Shown piece by piece: positions 59,789-64,000 of a stretch of DNA of 64,000 nucleotides. A program made the translations under genes and the position numbers. A model generated the notes under the pieces. It made no database searches. It saw only the letters and a program-made list of their open reading frames with translations, and had not been told where the DNA came from. The stretch is from Promethearchaeota archaeon (GTDB lineage: Archaea; Asgardarchaeota; Lokiarchaeia; Sigyniarchaeales; SOKP01): contig JAEOTP010000007.1 of assembly GCA_016839765.1 (NCBI GenBank), positions 32,001 through 96,000 of the forward strand, in the 5' to 3' direction. Each line of letters starts with the position of its first letter. The stretch's first letter is position 1.

Positions 59789-60220
59789 ATGTTCAAAAAC
59801 GAGATTAGAAAGGAAATTGAAGAAATAGTAAATAGAGAGACTAGAGCTTGGGATAATCAAGATGTTGATCTTTTAATGACCATCTTTCATCCTGATATGG
59901 TTTGGCCTTGGCCAAAAACACCAAAAACTCATGATCCAATAGATTGGGTTCTAGAATGGGGTAGATATGATTATACCCGTTGGAGAAATGGCTGGCTAGA
60001 ACTCTTCAATACAAATAAATTAGAACATAATTATAGAGAAATTAAAAAAATTGAAATTTCTAAAGAAGGTGATGGTGCATTTGCCGTGGTTGATATTGAT
60101 ACGCTATGGGTTGACAAGGATGGCAATAGAAATCATTGGAAAGGAAGAGTTTGTAAAGTATATACAAAGATTGGAAATGAATGGAAAATGATCATGCATA
60201 CTGGAGTACTTAAATATTAG
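59789..60220 (+). CDS. SnoaL/NTF2-like protein
   Basis: AWDNQDVDLL...HPD and WKMIMH patterns. Confidence 0.75.
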   Translation: MFKNEIRKEIEEIVNRETRAWDNQDVDLLMTIFHPDMVWPWPKTPKTHDPIDWVLEWGRYDYTRWRNGWLELFNTNKLEHNYREIKKIEISKEGDGAFAVVDIDTLWVDKDGNRNHWKGRVCKVYTKIGNEWKMIMHTGVLKY

Positions 60221-60272
60221 TTATAGAAAATGCAATATTACCTGAATTTAAGAATAGATATAGATAAGGAGA

Positions 60273-61118
60273 CTATTCTAAATCTTCCAAAAGAGGTTGG
60301 TCCTCAATAAATTCACAACTTAGACCTAGTCGTTGAAAGTATTTACATAAGGCGATACAGGCGAATTTCTCTGTTGAGTAATGAGTACCTCCAATTAAAT
60401 TTATTCCTTTTTCTTTCTCAAACTCATGCACGTTTTTGCTGTATTCATTTAGTGCCGTTATGCCAGTTACATATGTATTAATTCCTAGATCTACGATTTC
60501 TTGAATGATATCAATTTCATTACCACCCCCCGCTATTACTGCTACATTATGATCCTCAATCTCATTGGAACCATATTTCCATAACTTTATTTTATGTCCA
60601 ACAACATTGCTGAATTTATGAGCTAATTCTTCAGGTGTTTTTAAATCTATTTTTCCATAAATTCCAACCTTTACACCAAAATATTCATAAAACTCTCTTT
60701 CGGGAACAATCTCTAGCGCTTTAGCTAAGGACGTAGTCGTCGAATATTCCCCATTCTTGTCTAATGGAACATGGATCGTATATATTGAAATATTTTGTTG
60801 TTTTAACTTTGGGAGCAATTTTGGATTAATATCTAAAAAGACCTGTGGACTCCTTATATCCCAAACCATCGGGTGGTGAGTTATTAAAAGAACTCCTTCT
60901 TTACGAAGTTTTAATATTTTATTTAGAATATGATCGCTAGGAAAAACTGCGGTATAAACAGAATTGATTTCTTGAGAATGATCTAGCAGGGTTCCCATAT
61001 AACGTTGCTTAAAATTCTCACTAATATATTCGTTGAAATCCATTCTGGACCAATCATCCCTACATTGATCAAGCTCAAAATCTTCATCGAGTTTTTTATA
61101 TAGTGTTTTTGCGTCCAT
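60273..61118 (-). CDS. NIF3 / GTP cyclohydrolase I type 2 family metal-binding protein
   Basis: THHP, HVPLD, AGGG and GTHYSTE motifs. Confidence 0.85.
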   Translation of the reverse strand: MDAKTLYKKLDEDFELDQCRDDWSRMDFNEYISENFKQRYMGTLLDHSQEINSVYTAVFPSDHILNKILKLRKEGVLLITHHPMVWDIRSPQVFLDINPKLLPKLKQQNISIYTIHVPLDKNGEYSTTTSLAKALEIVPEREFYEYFGVKVGIYGKIDLKTPEELAHKFSNVVGHKIKLWKYGSNEIEDHNVAVIAGGGNEIDIIQEIVDLGINTYVTGITALNEYSKNVHEFEKEKGINLIGGTHYSTEKFACIALCKYFQRLGLSCEFIEDQPLLEDLE

Positions 61119-61290
61119 TAGCTTTTCCTATTATTCGGTTCATTATAAATTTTAACCTTTTTCTACGAGTTAATCTTCTTATCATTGGTGTTATTTTTAA
61201 AATTGGACTATTGAAGTTTCAAGTAGGATTATATTTTCCTAATCATATATCTAAAATATATTTTAATTTTAATTACGACTTGAGGTTATA

Positions 61291-61755
61291 GTGATGAAAA
61301 AGATTTGGATAATTCATAACTCTACATATGGAAACTCTGAACGTATTTCAAAACAAATTGCTGAAGGTTTAAAAGATGGTTATGAAGTAAGTGTAGATAG
61401 TATTAAAAATGTTAGCCCTGCAGATATTGCTAAGGATGAGCCTTATGGGTTGATTATCGCGGTTCGAATCGTCGCTTTTAGGTCAGATAAAGAGATCCTA
61501 AAGTTTATCAAAAGTTTAGATGAAGTTATAACTAAACCGATTTCGAAAATTGCTTATTTTTCCACCCATGCATTAGGTTGGAAAAAGTTTTTTATAAAAG
61601 GAATGAAAAAGACGATTGAAAAAATTGGATGTGTTGAGGAGGTCTGTCCAGAATATCTTGAAGTAAAAATGCAAGGGGCTGAAGGACCAGCTGTAGAAGG
61701 CTCCGATGCAAAAATTGGAGAATTTATTTCTACATTAAAAGAATTTATGAAATAA
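61291..61755 (+). CDS. Flavodoxin-like protein
   Basis: HNSTYGNSERIS FMN-binding loop. Confidence 0.75.
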   Translation: MMKKIWIIHNSTYGNSERISKQIAEGLKDGYEVSVDSIKNVSPADIAKDEPYGLIIAVRIVAFRSDKEILKFIKSLDEVITKPISKIAYFSTHALGWKKFFIKGMKKTIEKIGCVEEVCPEYLEVKMQGAEGPAVEGSDAKIGEFISTLKEFMK

Positions 61756-61886
61756 AATAATTAAATATAATTCTTATTATTCTCTTTCTTATTCTAATTT
61801 ATTTAGATTTATTTCAAACGAATTTACTGAAAAAAATAGTTTTTTTTAATAATCAATTTATAAAATTATAGCACGGTATTCTTGTT

Positions 61887-62831
61887 ATGGATTTATTCAC
61901 TCATTTAGTATTTGGAGCATTAATGTACATACTCTTTTTAAAGGAGGTAACTTTTGATTATATCTTTCTAGCAATCTTTTTCTCAGTTTTACCCGATTTA
62001 GATATATTTATTACGCCTTTGAAAAGAATGTTTAAATCAAAATATCTTGACCATCGTGGAGGTTCCCATTCATATGTTATTGGTATATTAATATCCGTTA
62101 TTGGAGGGATTATATATTCTGCACTAACGCACCGATCATTTCTAATATCTTGGATTATAGGTATGGTCTTTTATGGTCTGCATGTATCTATGGACCTTCT
62201 TACTACTACGAAAATTCCTTATTTATATCCACTTTCTAAAAAAGAGTATAGTTTTTATGCCGAAAAGGCAGGGAGTTTATTCACAATGGTGAATTCAGTA
62301 ATTTTCCTTATTTTACTAGGTGTATTATATCACAATTCTGCAGATATACTTCTTTTCAGGTTACTCATTAACTTATATACTTCGTTTTTTATTATCTACT
62401 ACTTGTATCGAATTATCTCTAAAGTCTGGTTATCTTCAAAGCTTAAAAGTAATCAGAAATACCTTCCTGGAATTTTGCCTTTTTATTATACAATTTATAA
62501 TAATGAAATTGTTGAAAATGAAATCTCATTAAGCCTAGAAAGGAAATTTCATTTCTCAAAAACCAAGAAGATAGGTAACATTAATACTGTCTTAAATACT
62601 GAAGAAATGGTTCTTTTCAAAAAGGGGATGGAGTTATGTAAGACAAATTATTATTATGCAAAATGGACCGTGTTTCCAATCTTTATTAGAAATGAGGGGA
62701 TTTTTTCAATCAAATTTTTCTTTTTAGAAACGATGATGCGTAATAGAACTATGTATATACAGTTTGATTTTGGTATGCTTACTCAACAAGTAATTGGTTT
62801 TAATAGAGGTTCTGGACGTATCCAACCCTAG
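61887..62831 (+). CDS. Membrane-bound metal-dependent hydrolase (YdjM-like)
   Basis: DLFTH, LPDLD, HRGGSHS and HVSMD motifs. Confidence 0.85.
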   Translation: MDLFTHLVFGALMYILFLKEVTFDYIFLAIFFSVLPDLDIFITPLKRMFKSKYLDHRGGSHSYVIGILISVIGGIIYSALTHRSFLISWIIGMVFYGLHVSMDLLTTTKIPYLYPLSKKEYSFYAEKAGSLFTMVNSVIFLILLGVLYHNSADILLFRLLINLYTSFFIIYYLYRIISKVWLSSKLKSNQKYLPGILPFYYTIYNNEIVENEISLSLERKFHFSKTKKIGNINTVLNTEEMVLFKKGMELCKTNYYYAKWTVFPIFIRNEGIFSIKFFFLETMMRNRTMYIQFDFGMLTQQVIGFNRGSGRIQP

Positions 62832-62890
62832 TGTTTTATTTTGAAAAAATTTACCCAATCTTCTACCAATTGCAATTGAATTATAATATT

Positions 62891-63298
62891 TTAATACTTA
62901 ATTATTTTAATATCTTCGATCTTTTCAAAATGTTTTACGTTTTTAGTGATGATTTTATTAATTCCATTACTGAGCATGATTCCTATAATTAAAACATCAT
63001 TATCATCAATTATTTGTCCCTTTGATTCTAATAAATCATAGATTTCTGCTGCTTTCTCTGCTTCTTTAAAACCTAATGGAAATACCTCCATTCCGCTTAT
63101 AAATTCCATCCAGCTTTTATATAACTCTTTATATCGTTGTTCTGAAATTCTTCTTCTAGTTCTTTCTAGACCAATACCAACTTCATAGATTGTTATGGAA
63201 GTTATATGAATTAAGTTTTCTTGCTCAAATAAAACTTTTTTAAGTTGTTTATTACCTTTTAGATAATCAATACATGTAGAAGTATCAAGAATTATCAC
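62891..63298 (-). CDS. vapC: VapC PIN-domain toxin
   Basis: ILDTS, E in ITIYEV, DVLI and TKNVKHF motifs. Confidence 0.9.
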   Translation of the reverse strand: MIILDTSTCIDYLKGNKQLKKVLFEQENLIHITSITIYEVGIGLERTRRRISEQRYKELYKSWMEFISGMEVFPLGFKEAEKAAEIYDLLESKGQIIDDNDVLIIGIMLSNGINKIITKNVKHFEKIEDIKIIKY

Positions 63299-63534
63299 TT
63301 GAATTCACCGATATCTGATTTTTTCCATTTACGTCCAGAGCGGTTTAGTATATCTCCCCATATTTCTTTTAATTCTTGTTCATTTAATTTCCATGCTCCA
63401 AATGATTTTTCAAAGTTAACTTTTTGGACTTTTAATAATCTTAAGAATAATTCAGAGAAGCTTTCATTATCTCGTTTAACTTTCATTAATTTATTGTAAA
63501 CGTCCTCTGTAATACTAATATTTTTTGAAGTCAT
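63295..63534 (-). CDS. vapB: VapB-type antitoxin
   Basis: MTSKNISITEDVYNKL..KRDNESFSE; 4-nt overlap with vapC. Confidence 0.85.
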   Translation of the reverse strand: MTSKNISITEDVYNKLMKVKRDNESFSELFLRLLKVQKVNFEKSFGAWKLNEQELKEIWGDILNRSGRKWKKSDIGEFK

Positions 63535-64000
63535 ATGTATACACATATACATACGCGTATAAAATTTTTTCTATTCGTTTCTTAGTTTTTAATAACAATA
63601 AAAACCAAAAATTTCAGGCATATTAGGAGGATTTTTTCTGCAGGCTTACTTGGTAAAAAGAGTAATAACAGATTCTATGAACGCGGTGGAGTATAACTGC
63701 TATAGATGACATTATCTCGAAAGCTTTAATTAAAGAAATTAAAAAGTTTCCAGAAATCGATAATTTTCGGACATGAATTGCATGATTATCCGCATACTCT
63801 GATGCTTAAATTCTCTTTCTTCATTCTTTTTTTACTTTCTCATCCCAAATAAATATTGGATTATCAAATTATTGCTCTTTGAATTTTCTCTCTTGAGTTT
63901 GTTACATCCAATAGTTTGGAACAATTATCAATACTTAAAATATCTCCCCATTCATTTAATTGTTGAGAATTTTGATCTGAAACTCTTTTAGACTCAACTA

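Noticed and set aside
99-63499. Many 60-150 aa ORF-track entries overlapping larger genes (for example 2761..3204, 19398..19721, 36667..37032, 52074..52538)
   Set aside because: Antisense or off-frame shadows of well-supported CDSs.
63600-64000. Short ORF fragments on both strands at the window end
   Set aside because: Multiple stops and no identifiable motifs; probably decayed sequence.
1-64000. CRISPR array, rRNA or prophage
   Set aside because: No regularly spaced repeats, long GC-rich rRNA-like tract or viral hallmark genes were seen.

Overview
AT-rich archaeal chromosome segment, most likely an Asgard archaeon (Lokiarchaeia-like). This rests on GGTGA/GGAGG ribosome-binding sites, a Roadblock/Rab-like GTPase, 7TM-longin proteins and a gelsolin-domain protein. 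Bases 1-11.4 kb hold a near-complete Aeropyrum-type modified mevalonate/isoprenoid cluster: LpdD-like protein, UbiX, HMG-CoA reductase, UbiD-type decarboxylase, AcnX large and small subunits, mevalonate kinase, an IPK-IDI2 fusion and GGPP synthase. The rest includes a solo TnpB, a GH38 mannosidase, two orphan DNA methyltransferases, an MttB/corrinoid/Met-gamma-lyase locus, tRNA-Leu(CAG), a P1B ATPase, an ECF transporter with Moco-fold partners, a MoxR/VWA pair, MscS and CorA channels, hydrolases and VapBC. Top observations: (1) The mevalonate kinase gene is split inside its conserved GE|H motif by a 31-nt insert (5300-5330). Its ends fall exactly at the cleavage positions of a bulge-helix-bulge motif, making it a candidate tRNA-endonuclease-spliced mRNA intron. 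(2) An uncharacterised gene (18845-19774, minus strand) has an in-frame UGA near its N-terminus and a eukaryote-like SECIS hairpin 10 nt after its stop, making it a candidate new selenoprotein family. (3) Several genes seem to start at ATT, ATC or ATA. (4) There is an unassigned structured RNA at about 57.4-57.6 kb. All family calls come from motif recognition by eye; no searches were run.
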